DNA of 64,000 bases, from the NCBI GenBank assembly GCA_045614205.1, contig JAZLCL010000015.1:11120-75119 (forward strand). The letters are read 5' to 3'. The translations under genes were made by a program, and so were the position numbers. The notes beneath the pieces are model-generated. The model was given only the letters and a program-made list of their open reading frames with translations, searched no databases and was not told the origin of the DNA. Every line of letters starts with the position of its first letter. Position 1 is the stretch's first letter. Source of the stretch: Alistipes sp. (GTDB lineage: Bacteria > Bacteroidota > Bacteroidia > Bacteroidales > Rikenellaceae). Shown in pieces: positions 30,387-39,719 of this stretch.

Positions 30387-31313
30387 TTATTTATGCAAAT
30401 TTTTTCTCTTTGATTTATCATTATTCATATAGCAGTACTCCGCAGCATAACAATCACACGAGGCACCAGCATCATAAATAACACCCTCCCACTCATTTAG
30501 TATTATAACATTACGCTTTTCATCACGCTTATGTTTATGGTGCGCATCCTTTGGGTGGCTCTCATGCCTATCCTTATGCCTCTCTGGCTCCTCGACGACG
30601 ACGAACTCCTCGACATAAATCTCGACGGGAGAGTATTCCCTATCTTCTTGCATCACATCCTCTGTATAGGATACCGTAACCACAGCACGACGCATATCAG
30701 AAAGCACATCACTCTTGAGATACTGCCATGCAGCACCATCTCTCTTCAGCTTACCATCAACAACCATAGGCGCCTCATTGGCATTAACGATATTGACCAA
30801 CGTACCACGGTTGACAAGCGACGAGTGTTCGATAGCATCTGTAGTGGCACTCCACGGCTCAACATAGGAGGTGATGACTATATCCGTACCACGAAGATTA
30901 TATCGATGTGCAAGCATGGTACTCAACTGCTGGGCACGGCGTCGTGCAAGCTCTGTATTGAAGGGAACCGTGCCATCAGGCGATGCATATCCCGCAATGG
31001 CAATGCTCTTAACATGGCGTAACGTATCACTCTTAAGCTCCTCGAAGAACCTGTCGAGACCTGCCATAACGTCACCATTCTCGCCACTATCATCTGCCGA
31101 AGATGAGTTCACAGCGTAGTGTATCTCATACACCTCGCTATGAGGTCTATCATCGGTAACGATATAACGACGCACAACATAGTCGCCATCGCGCCACTCG
31201 GCAACCTGACGGCGCTGCGCACTCACACTGCCAGCCACAAAAATCATAGCGAGTGTGAGGCATAGAACAGAAATAAAAGAGTTATCTTTCATAGTTGTAA
31301 AATATTTGTTCAC
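30387..31313 (-). CDS. Secreted OmpA-C-like domain protein
   Basis: Signal peptide; IAGYASPDG..FN.ELARRRA motif; His/Lys-rich tail. Confidence 0.7.
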   Translation of the reverse strand: MNKYFTTMKDNSFISVLCLTLAMIFVAGSVSAQRRQVAEWRDGDYVVRRYIVTDDRPHSEVYEIHYAVNSSSADDSGENGDVMAGLDRFFEELKSDTLRHVKSIAIAGYASPDGTVPFNTELARRRAQQLSTMLAHRYNLRGTDIVITSYVEPWSATTDAIEHSSLVNRGTLVNIVNANEAPMVVDGKLKRDGAAWQYLKSDVLSDMRRAVVTVSYTEDVMQEDREYSPVEIYVEEFVVVEEPERHKDRHESHPKDAHHKHKRDEKRNVIILNEWEGVIYDAGASCDCYAAEYCYMNNDKSKRKNLHK

Positions 31314-31438
31314 CCAAACTGCTCCAACAACTATACCGAAAGAAAAAATTTACTACCTTTGTATGATGTAGATACAAACAATCGAATATGTCATTAATAA
31401 AGTGTAAATTTAGCAATAATAATTTCTATATGTAACCA

Positions 31439-32254
31439 ATGAGACTTAAGGCGTATTGCAAGATAAATATAGGATTGCACGTGGTTCGTAAGCGCGAGGA
31501 TGGCTACCACGAGTTGGAGACCGTCATGCTCGGCGTGAAGGGACTATACGATGTTGTAGAGGTGGAGCAGACCGACAGTAACGACACAACATTCACGTCG
31601 CGAGGCATAGTCGTAGACTGTCCCGCAGAGAAGAACCTATGTGTGCGCGCAGCACGACTTATGCAGCAGCGATACAACATCGGTGGCATCGCCATAACAC
31701 TCGATAAGCGAGTACCCTTTGGTGCTGGTCTGGGAGGCGGATCGTCAGATGCCACGGCCGTGATTGTGGCCATCAACAAGATCTTCAACCTCGGCATATC
31801 AAAGTCCAACCTTGCGATTCTCGCCGCAGAACTTGGCAGCGACACACCATTCTTCGTATACGACACGCCACAACTATGCACAGGTCGTGGCGAGATTATG
31901 GAGCCCATAGAGATAAACCTCCAGGGCTACTGGCTCGTCGTAGCAAAGCCCAACAATGAGGGTGTATCTACCGCCGAGGCATACTCTGGCATAGTACCCA
32001 AGGTGCCCGAAAGCGGACTTCAAGAGCTCCTGGCATGCGATATATCGACATGGCAGCATAGTGTTGTCAACGACTTCGAACCGCACATCTTCGCTGCGCA
32101 CCCAGCGATAGCGACACTCAAGCAGTCAATGCTTGAGGCAGGAGCACTATATGCTGCGATGTCGGGGTCGGGAGCAGCTGTATTCGGCATCTTCAAGCAT
32201 AGACCAACACTACATCTCCCCGATGACACCTTCGTGCACATCGAGGAGATATAG
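31439..32254 (+). CDS. ispE: 4-diphosphocytidyl-2-C-methyl-D-erythritol kinase
   Basis: KINIGL...R.DGYHELET, P.GAGLGGGSSDA, LGSD.PFF, MSGSG. Confidence 0.96.
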   Translation: MRLKAYCKINIGLHVVRKREDGYHELETVMLGVKGLYDVVEVEQTDSNDTTFTSRGIVVDCPAEKNLCVRAARLMQQRYNIGGIAITLDKRVPFGAGLGGGSSDATAVIVAINKIFNLGISKSNLAILAAELGSDTPFFVYDTPQLCTGRGEIMEPIEINLQGYWLVVAKPNNEGVSTAEAYSGIVPKVPESGLQELLACDISTWQHSVVNDFEPHIFAAHPAIATLKQSMLEAGALYAAMSGSGAAVFGIFKHRPTLHLPDDTFVHIEEI

Positions 32255-32281
32255 TTACAATTATCACATCAACTTACTTGA

Positions 32282-32488
32282 TTAGTCCCACATTATCGTC
32301 TCTACGACACTATCCTCGAAACCCGAGGACATGGGGTCGTAGCGACGGTTACACACAGGGCAGAAGAATGGAGTCGACTCATCCGCAGCATCGCCGCACG
32401 TAGGACATGAGCAGAATAAACCAACACCCGCCTGATGCTCGAAACGTGTTCCACAACGTTCGCAGTTCATCTTATAGATGACACCCAT
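32282..32488 (-). CDS. Small Cys-rich zinc-ribbon protein (68 aa)
   Basis: CERC, CSCPTC and CPVC motifs, ends in WD; AGGAGG 5 nt upstream; 9 nt after the HIRAN stop. Confidence 0.75.
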   Translation of the reverse strand: MGVIYKMNCERCGTRFEHQAGVGLFCSCPTCGDAADESTPFFCPVCNRRYDPMSSGFEDSVVETIMWD

Positions 32489-32497
32489 AGCAACCTC

Positions 32498-32860
32498 CTA
32501 TTTTATATCATCCTCATCCCTCTCCACCTCTCGTGCCTTTAGGTAGAGAATCGCAGATACCTGATGCTCGGGCGTGGCCTCTGGTGCTACACGCTGAACG
32601 CGAAGTTCAAAGATGTCGCCATACCCCATATCCATAAGCTGAGCAAGCTGCTCGTTACAGCTACGTGGCACATATCCGAGATGGAAGTCGTCAAAATAGA
32701 TAGCCACAGCATTCTCGTCATAGCGGTTATCCGCATCACGTTCCATGGTGAGCTTTGTGCCGGGGCACAACCTATGAATGGCCATGCAGCCCTCATAGAA
32801 GGTGAATCCCGCGATGTAGAAGTTCGCGAAATGTCGATAGTTTGATTTTCTCCTTGCCAT
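32498..32860 (-). CDS. Stand-alone HIRAN domain protein
   Basis: F.IAGF..Y, L.MERDADNRYDENAVAI and LGYVPR HIRAN signatures. Confidence 0.88.
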   Translation of the reverse strand: MARRKSNYRHFANFYIAGFTFYEGCMAIHRLCPGTKLTMERDADNRYDENAVAIYFDDFHLGYVPRSCNEQLAQLMDMGYGDIFELRVQRVAPEATPEHQVSAILYLKAREVERDEDDIK

Positions 32861-32907
32861 AGTAGTATATGTTTTGGTTATTTCCTACGGCAAAGGTTGC
32901 GCTTAAA

Positions 32908-32926
32908 TTTGACAACTTACGTCAAA
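32908..32926. promoter_or_regulatory. Palindromic operator candidate TTTGAC-N7-GTCAAA upstream of HIRAN
   Basis: Perfect 6-bp inverted arms; a near copy lies at 33881-33896. Confidence 0.6.
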
Positions 32927-33833
32927 CACCAACTTTTTCTAAGACCGACTTCGCCTTATTCGAGATATAGGCTTCGAGATCAGGGGTGTCGACAATGCGG
33001 ATATCATCCATTAGTCCTATCACAAAACGACCAACACCTGCATAGTCGCACACCATAGTATCAAGCATCCACTTTCCCGCACCACAAGGCACGATATCAC
33101 GTTCTGCAAGAGGATACTCCTCTACAAGCAAGTTGCGCGAACGCATACCCAACTCCAAACGCACTCTCATCTGATTAAAACCCTTAAGGCGGAAGATATC
33201 TATATATCCCATCTCGTGCTGCTGCTCATGCTGCCATGGCGTGCCGAGGACCTCAACAGAGCCTATGCGTGATGTCTTAAAGAGTTTATTAAGACCACTC
33301 TCTGGCTCGAAGCACCACGCCTGGACATAGTTTGTCGTAAAGCCAAAAGGCTCTACTACCCTATTACGCACGACACCAGCATTCGACGAGGCATAATCAA
33401 CAAGCACAACCTGGCGGTGCTCCGTGATGGCCTCAAGCAGACGGTTGACATTCGCAGCATGCTTACCACGCACAATGCTTGAGGCAAGAGATGTGCAGTT
33501 ATATACCGAAGAGAGTTTCTTTCGGAGGTTATTCTTGAGCATATTAGTATCGTCAAGACCTTCAATAAGTTGATTTACGATGTGAGCCTCCTCATCCGTA
33601 AAGTGCACAAGCTGCGATATATCCTTAAAGTATCTACTCTCCTTACCTAGTTTATAGATGCCACCGTCGAGTTTATGCACCACAAAGCCCGCATCCTTAA
33701 ATGTCTCAATATATCGGTATATCGAACGATAAGATGTATCGAGGCGTTCGGCAAGGTCATTAACGGTATAGTTTACATTTCCTGTCATCAGCTTCATAAG
33801 GCGAAGCATACGTTCAAGTTTAGGCTGATCCAT
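32922..33833 (-). CDS. wHTH-WYL-WCX transcriptional regulator (YafY/DriD/PafBC-like)
   Basis: N-terminal HTH (TVNDLAERLDTSYRSIYRYI), WYL core (Y.S...R.VEPF...W......K.FK.SRI), C-terminal WCX-like segment. Confidence 0.9.
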   Translation of the reverse strand: MDQPKLERMLRLMKLMTGNVNYTVNDLAERLDTSYRSIYRYIETFKDAGFVVHKLDGGIYKLGKESRYFKDISQLVHFTDEEAHIVNQLIEGLDDTNMLKNNLRKKLSSVYNCTSLASSIVRGKHAANVNRLLEAITEHRQVVLVDYASSNAGVVRNRVVEPFGFTTNYVQAWCFEPESGLNKLFKTSRIGSVEVLGTPWQHEQQHEMGYIDIFRLKGFNQMRVRLELGMRSRNLLVEEYPLAERDIVPCGAGKWMLDTMVCDYAGVGRFVIGLMDDIRIVDTPDLEAYISNKAKSVLEKVGV

Positions 33834-33880
33834 AGTGTTGCGATTTTAACTATGTAAAGATATATATAATTTCTCAATTA

Positions 33881-33896
33881 TGACAATAACCGTCAA
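33881..33896. promoter_or_regulatory. Second operator candidate TGACAATAACCGTCAA upstream of the WYL gene
   Basis: TGAC-N7-GTCA; 12 of 16 positions identical to the 32910-32925 box. Confidence 0.55.
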
Positions 33897-34029
33897 CATA
33901 AAAACACATTTATACACCGTGCATTACAAAATATTTTATTTTTTATGGTTATTTTTATTAGTTTTTACCACATAACAAGATAAAAATATTATATTTGCGC
34001 TACATTTATAAAATAATGAGATTTTAGTT

Positions 34030-35175
34030 ATGCGCAACTTGAAAAGCAAGTGGTTAATGAGTGCTTTGGTGGTCTTTCTAATTATTATAGTTACCATCTT
34101 TATATTCAACAGAAAGAAACCTATCCCCGTGGTATACCCTGTGGTGGCAACACAACCCGTAGGCATTGAAGATGTCAACATCTATGGCGAATATGTGGGT
34201 CGTATCAGAGCACAGCAGTTCGTTGAGATTCATGCCAGAGTGGAGGGATATCTCGAGAAGATGTTCTTCGACGAGGGTACATATGTAAGCAAGGGTCAAA
34301 CACTTTTCCAGATTGACCCTACACTATACACAGCGCGCATGAAGCGTGCAGAGGCACAGCTAAATAAAGCCAAAGCACAAGCACTAAAGGCCGAACGCGA
34401 CCTCAACCGTATACGTCCTCTCTTCGAGCTAAACGCCGCCAGCCTCCTTGACCTTGATAATGCCATTGCGAACTACGAGGGTGCGACTGCCGATGTAGTC
34501 GTGTGCGAGGCCGATATGCTACAAGCACAGATGACACTGGACTATACCACAGTAAAGTCGCCTATAGCTGGATATATATCTGAACGTAATGCCGACATTG
34601 GTGCACTCGTGGGCCCAGGCTCGCAGTCGTTGCTTGCAACAATCGTGAAGAGTGACACGGTACTCATAGACTTCAGCATGACATCGCTTGAATACCTAAA
34701 CTCCAAGTCGCGCAACGTGAATTTAGGCCAAACGGACACCACACGAACATGGAACCCATATGTCACCGTCACAATGGCAGATGGCACGGTATACCCATAC
34801 CAGGGTCTTGTCAACTTTGCAGACCCACAGATAGACCCCAAGACAGGCACCTTCTCTGTACGTGCGGAGATGCCCAACCCCGACCAGATACTACTCCCCG
34901 GACAGTTTACCAGAGTAAAGCTTCTTATGGACGTACGTGAGGATGCCATCGTCGTGCCCACAAAGTCAATAGTCATTGAGAGTGGTGGTGCCTTTATTTA
35001 TGTGGTGCGCCCCGACTCTATCGTGGAGAAGAGATTTGTTGAGCTCGGCCCCGAGATCAAGAATAACACCGTGGTGGAACGAGGCATCATAGCTGGCGAG
35101 CACATCGTTGTGGAGGGCTATCACAAGCTGACACACGGCACAAAGGTTGAACCTGTAACAAACGTTGAGGAGTAG
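34030..35175 (+). CDS. RND efflux periplasmic adaptor (MFP)
   Basis: N-terminal TM, VEIHARVEGYL, LFQIDP, YTTVKSPIAG, ID..TGT, LLPGQF. Confidence 0.93.
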   Translation: MRNLKSKWLMSALVVFLIIIVTIFIFNRKKPIPVVYPVVATQPVGIEDVNIYGEYVGRIRAQQFVEIHARVEGYLEKMFFDEGTYVSKGQTLFQIDPTLYTARMKRAEAQLNKAKAQALKAERDLNRIRPLFELNAASLLDLDNAIANYEGATADVVVCEADMLQAQMTLDYTTVKSPIAGYISERNADIGALVGPGSQSLLATIVKSDTVLIDFSMTSLEYLNSKSRNVNLGQTDTTRTWNPYVTVTMADGTVYPYQGLVNFADPQIDPKTGTFSVRAEMPNPDQILLPGQFTRVKLLMDVREDAIVVPTKSIVIESGGAFIYVVRPDSIVEKRFVELGPEIKNNTVVERGIIAGEHIVVEGYHKLTHGTKVEPVTNVEE

Positions 35176-35177
35176 CT

Positions 35178-38100
35178 ATGAAGAGGAACTTCTTTATCGA
35201 CCACCCCGTATTCTCGATGGTGATATCTATTGTCATCACCATCGTGGGTATCATAGGTCTATTCCTACTACCCATAGATCAGTATCCACAGATAGTACCA
35301 CCTGTGGTTAAAGTGACAGCATCATACCCAGGTGCCGACGCCATGACAACAACGCAGGCCGTAGCAACACCTATCGAACAGGTGCTAAACGGCACACCAG
35401 GCATGACATACATGGAGTCGGTATGCTCTAACTCGGGCAGCTTCTCGGCAACCATAACATTCGACATAGACACCAACCCCGATCTTGCCGCCGTGGATAT
35501 TCAGAATAGGATAAAGCAGGCAGAGTCGCGCCTACCAGCAGAGGTTGTACAGAATGGCATTGGCGTAGAGAAGCAGGCATCGAGTAAGTTAATGACCATC
35601 ACCCTGCTATCCAACGACCCGAAGTACGATGAGGTGTACCTATCGAACTATGCCACACTGAATGTCATAGATATGCTTCGTCGTGTACCAGGCGTAGGTA
35701 GCATATCGAATGTCGGCAGTAGATATTACGCTATGCGCATATGGGTGATGCCTGACAAACTAACCGACATGGGTCTCACGGTCAAAGACTTGCAGAATGC
35801 CATCAAGGACCAGAACCGCGAGTCAGCAGCCGGCATCCTCGGCCAAGCACCCATAGAGGGCATAGATGTAACAATCCCAATTGCTGCACATGGTAGACTA
35901 TCCTCCGTCGAGGAGTTTGAGCAGATTGTGGTGCGAGCAAACCCTGATGGATCTATAATACGACTCAAAGATGTAGCACGCATATCTCTTGAGGCACAAT
36001 CATACTCCACAGAGAGTGGTATAGATGGAGGCAATGCTGCGGTGATGAATGTCAACATGCTTCCAGGTTCAAATGCCATGGAGGTTGCCGAGAATGTAAA
36101 GGAGGCTATGGAGGAGATAGGTCGTAACCTCCCCGAAGGCATCACCTACTCGATACCCTTCGACATGACAACATACATATCGCAGTCCATAAACGAGGTA
36201 TACAAGACACTATTCGAGGCATTAGCACTTGTGATTTTAGTGGTATTCCTATCGTTGCAGAATTGGAGGTCTACGATAATCCCTGTTGTCGCGGTGCCTA
36301 TATCGCTGATAGGCACATTCGGCATAATGCTCATCTTTGGATTCTCACTCAACCTGATGACATTGCTGGGTCTCATCCTTGCCATAGGTATTGTCGTTGA
36401 TGACGCCATAGTCGTGGTGGAGAGTGTCGATAAGATTATGAAGGAGGAGGGGTTATCGCCCTACAAAGCGACACAGAAGGCTATGTCGAACATGACAAGC
36501 GCCCTTATTGCTACGTCGCTTGTGCTTTGTGCCGTATTTGTTCCCGTAAGCTTCCTCGGAGGTATCACTGGTCTGCTATATAGGCAATTTACTATCACAA
36601 TTGCTGTATCCGTGGTGATATCTACGATTGTGGCTCTTACGCTAACGCCCGTGATGTGCTCACTCATCCTCAAGCCAGAGAAGGAGGGAGACAAGCATGC
36701 CATCTTCAGATTCATAAACCGTTGGTTGGAACGTGGCAATAACTTCTACTGCACAAAGGTGGCATCGGCAATAAAGAACTCAAAGCGCGTATTTGCGGGC
36801 TTTGGCATCATCCTCGTGGGCATATATGTACTCAATGCTCTCACACCACAGAGCTTCATGCCAAAGGAGGATCAGGGATACTTCACCGTGGAGTTAGAGT
36901 TGCCAGAGGGTGCCACAATAGAGAGAACACGTGAGGTGACAAGACGCGCCATGGACTTCCTCATGCAGGACCCCGATGTCGACCATGTACTCGATGTGGT
37001 AGGCTCAAGTCCGCGTGTGGGCACAAACCAGGCACGCAGTCAGCTAACCGTGATACTCAAGCCGTGGGAGGAGAGAGAGGTTGAGGATATGAACGATATA
37101 ATGGATAGAGCACGACGCGAGTTTGCGCGCTACCCAGAGGCCAAAGCCTTCATCTCAACACCTCCTGTAATTCCAGGTCTCGGCACATCGGGTGGCTTCG
37201 AGATGGTGCTCGAGGCTCGAGGCAATGCCACATATGCAGACTTGCAGATGGCAGTAGACAGTCTGATGCTACACGCAAGCAAGGCACGAGAGCTATCAGG
37301 ACTATCCGCCTCGATACAGAGTGACATCCCACAGCTATACTTCGACGTAGATAGAGATAAGGCTCGTCTGCATGGCGTGCAGATGGCCGAGATATTCTCC
37401 ACGCTGAAGGCCTTCACTGGTTCGTTGTACGTAAACGACTTTAATATGTACAACCGCGTATACCGCGTATACATACAGGCCGAAGCACCATATCGCGCAT
37501 ATAGAGACAACCTTAACCTATTCTCTGTCAAGGGTACTGATGGTGCAATGATACCAATCACAGCCCTGGGCAACACAGAGTATACAACGGGCTCTGGCAC
37601 AATAAAGCGCTTTAACATGTTCCAGTCGGCAACTATCACGGGCGAGCCAAGCGACGGCTACAGCTCGGGCGAGGCGATGGCGAAGTTGGAGGAGATAGCA
37701 GAGAAGCATCTACCCGACGACATAGCCGTAGAGTGGAGTGGCATGTCGTATCAGGAGAAGAAGGAGGGCGGAAAGACAGGCATGATCCTGGCACTCGCAT
37801 TCCTCTTCGTCTTTCTATTCCTCGCTGCGCAGTATGAGAGCTGGTCGATACCTATTGCTGTGCTACTATCCCTACCCGTATCGATATTAGGCGCCTACAT
37901 CGGCATCTTCGTATTCGGCCTAGAGAATAACATATACTTCCAAATAGGTCTTGTCATGCTCGTAGGTCTCGTAGCGAAGAATGCCATCCTCATCGTTGAG
38001 TTTGCAAAGGTTGAGATGGACAAAGGTGTAGATGCTATGACAGCAGCGATAACAGCCTCAAAGCTGCGCTTCAGGCCAATTGTAATGACATCATTGGCAT

Positions 38101-38276
38101 TCATCCTCGGCCTGCTGCCCCTTGTAATGTCATCAGGACCAGGCTCTGCAAGCCGCCAAGGCATAGGCACGGGAGTATTCTTCGGCATGTGCGTAGCTAT
38201 AACCATAGGTATTGTCTACGTACCATTCTTCTTTGTATGGATTGATCGTCTAAAAAGAAAATATCGCAAACAATGA
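35178..38276 (+). CDS. RND efflux permease (HAE1/AcrB family)
   Basis: FFIDHPVF, LAIGIVVDDAIVVVE, AKNAILIVEFA, RFRPIVMTSLAF. Confidence 0.95.
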   Translation: MKRNFFIDHPVFSMVISIVITIVGIIGLFLLPIDQYPQIVPPVVKVTASYPGADAMTTTQAVATPIEQVLNGTPGMTYMESVCSNSGSFSATITFDIDTNPDLAAVDIQNRIKQAESRLPAEVVQNGIGVEKQASSKLMTITLLSNDPKYDEVYLSNYATLNVIDMLRRVPGVGSISNVGSRYYAMRIWVMPDKLTDMGLTVKDLQNAIKDQNRESAAGILGQAPIEGIDVTIPIAAHGRLSSVEEFEQIVVRANPDGSIIRLKDVARISLEAQSYSTESGIDGGNAAVMNVNMLPGSNAMEVAENVKEAMEEIGRNLPEGITYSIPFDMTTYISQSINEVYKTLFEALALVILVVFLSLQNWRSTIIPVVAVPISLIGTFGIMLIFGFSLNLMTLLGLILAIGIVVDDAIVVVESVDKIMKEEGLSPYKATQKAMSNMTSALIATSLVLCAVFVPVSFLGGITGLLYRQFTITIAVSVVISTIVALTLTPVMCSLILKPEKEGDKHAIFRFINRWLERGNNFYCTKVASAIKNSKRVFAGFGIILVGIYVLNALTPQSFMPKEDQGYFTVELELPEGATIERTREVTRRAMDFLMQDPDVDHVLDVVGSSPRVGTNQARSQLTVILKPWEEREVEDMNDIMDRARREFARYPEAKAFISTPPVIPGLGTSGGFEMVLEARGNATYADLQMAVDSLMLHASKARELSGLSASIQSDIPQLYFDVDRDKARLHGVQMAEIFSTLKAFTGSLYVNDFNMYNRVYRVYIQAEAPYRAYRDNLNLFSVKGTDGAMIPITALGNTEYTTGSGTIKRFNMFQSATITGEPSDGYSSGEAMAKLEEIAEKHLPDDIAVEWSGMSYQEKKEGGKTGMILALAFLFVFLFLAAQYESWSIPIAVLLSLPVSILGAYIGIFVFGLENNIYFQIGLVMLVGLVAKNAILIVEFAKVEMDKGVDAMTAAITASKLRFRPIVMTSLAFILGLLPLVMSSGPGSASRQGIGTGVFFGMCVAITIGIVYVPFFFVWIDRLKRKYRKQ

Positions 38277-39676
38277 GAATAACACACTATATTAGCATTG
38301 CACTACTATCACTCGTCGCACTATCGTCATGTGGCGTCGCGGTTAAAATGTGTAAGGAACCGCAGCTAAACATGCCCACAGAGATTGTTGCGGGAGAGCT
38401 TGATAGTCTTACCATCGCCGACCTCAACTGGTGGGAGTTTTATGGCGATGAGGTCCTCAAAGGTTTCATTGAGCATGCCCTGAATAACAATAAGGATATC
38501 CTCGCTGCTGCAGAACGTGTTGAGCAGATGCGCCACCTAACACGCGCCAGCAAATCGGAGCTATTCCCAAAGATAGGCGCCTCAGCAGCGGCTGAATACG
38601 AAGTGGAGAATTACACCGACGAGGGACATACGGAGGATCTACAGTTAGACCTCAAATTTGACTTAAGCTGGGAGATTGACCTATGGGGAAATGTTCGCTG
38701 GTCTACACGCAAGGCATCTGCCGAGTACCTTGCTACCGTCGAGGCGGAGAGAGCCATGCGCATGACCATAATCGCAGAGGTTGCCACAGCATACTACGAG
38801 CTCATGGCCTTGGAGAATGAGCTACTCATCGTAAACAGAACACTCAAGACGCGTAGCGAGGGCGTCGAGCTTGCTCGTCTGCGCTACGAGGGTGGTTTAA
38901 CGTCGGAGACAGTATACCAGCAGGCACAGGTGGAGTATGCCTCAACAGCATCACTCATACCAGCCATAGAGACAAAGATTGAGGTAACGAAGAACGCACT
39001 AAAGATGCTCATGGGCGAGTACCCCAGCTTCGAGCTTGAGTATGCTAGAATGAGGGTATTGGACAGGGAGATTCCTACAGAGCTACCCCTCGGACTACCC
39101 TCCGACCTACTCACACGACGCCCCGACCTACGCGAGGCGGAGCAGAATCTAAAGGCTGCATCTGCAGCCGTGGGCGTGGCATACACAGACCGCTTCCCAA
39201 AATTAGAGATAGGCCTTACGGGAGGCTGGGAGAATGGAACGCTTGCGAACTTCTTAAGAGCACCATATGGTCTTGTGGTAGGCGAAATAGTAGCTCCACT
39301 ATTTGAGTTCGGCCGTAGAAAGGCGAAGTATCAAGCAGCAATACACGCATACGACATTGCGCGCCTGAACTATGAGGAGAGGGTCATAGGTGCATTCCGC
39401 GAGGTTAACGACGCCATTGTGCGCTACAACAATGCGCGCGAGACAACAGAGTTGAAGAACACCTTGCGTGAGGCAGCTCTTAAATATGTCGAGCTCGCAA
39501 CATTTCAGTATCGTTATGGCGACACTCGATATATCGATGTGCTCGATGCCCAGCGTCGCTACTTTGATGCACAGATAGGATTGTCGAATGCCGTGAGAGA
39601 TGAGTATACAGCACTCATACAACTATACAAATCTCTTGGCGGAGGATGGATGGAACAAGTTGAAGAGGCTGAATAG
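38273..39676 (+). CDS. Outer-membrane efflux channel (TolC/OprM-like lipoprotein)
   Basis: Lipobox LSSC, WWEFYGD, WEIDLWG, LPSDLLTRRPD, LYKSLGGGW. Confidence 0.93.
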   Translation: MRITHYISIALLSLVALSSCGVAVKMCKEPQLNMPTEIVAGELDSLTIADLNWWEFYGDEVLKGFIEHALNNNKDILAAAERVEQMRHLTRASKSELFPKIGASAAAEYEVENYTDEGHTEDLQLDLKFDLSWEIDLWGNVRWSTRKASAEYLATVEAERAMRMTIIAEVATAYYELMALENELLIVNRTLKTRSEGVELARLRYEGGLTSETVYQQAQVEYASTASLIPAIETKIEVTKNALKMLMGEYPSFELEYARMRVLDREIPTELPLGLPSDLLTRRPDLREAEQNLKAASAAVGVAYTDRFPKLEIGLTGGWENGTLANFLRAPYGLVVGEIVAPLFEFGRRKAKYQAAIHAYDIARLNYEERVIGAFREVNDAIVRYNNARETTELKNTLREAALKYVELATFQYRYGDTRYIDVLDAQRRYFDAQIGLSNAVRDEYTALIQLYKSLGGGWMEQVEEAE

Positions 39677-39712
39677 AGTATATGCGCGGCAAATACCGCG
39701 CATATCTATTTT
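39673..39712. terminator. Terminator between convergent genes
   Basis: ATATGCGCGG...CCGCGCATAT hairpin followed by CTATTTT. Confidence 0.75.
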
Positions 39713-39719
39713 ATGGATC

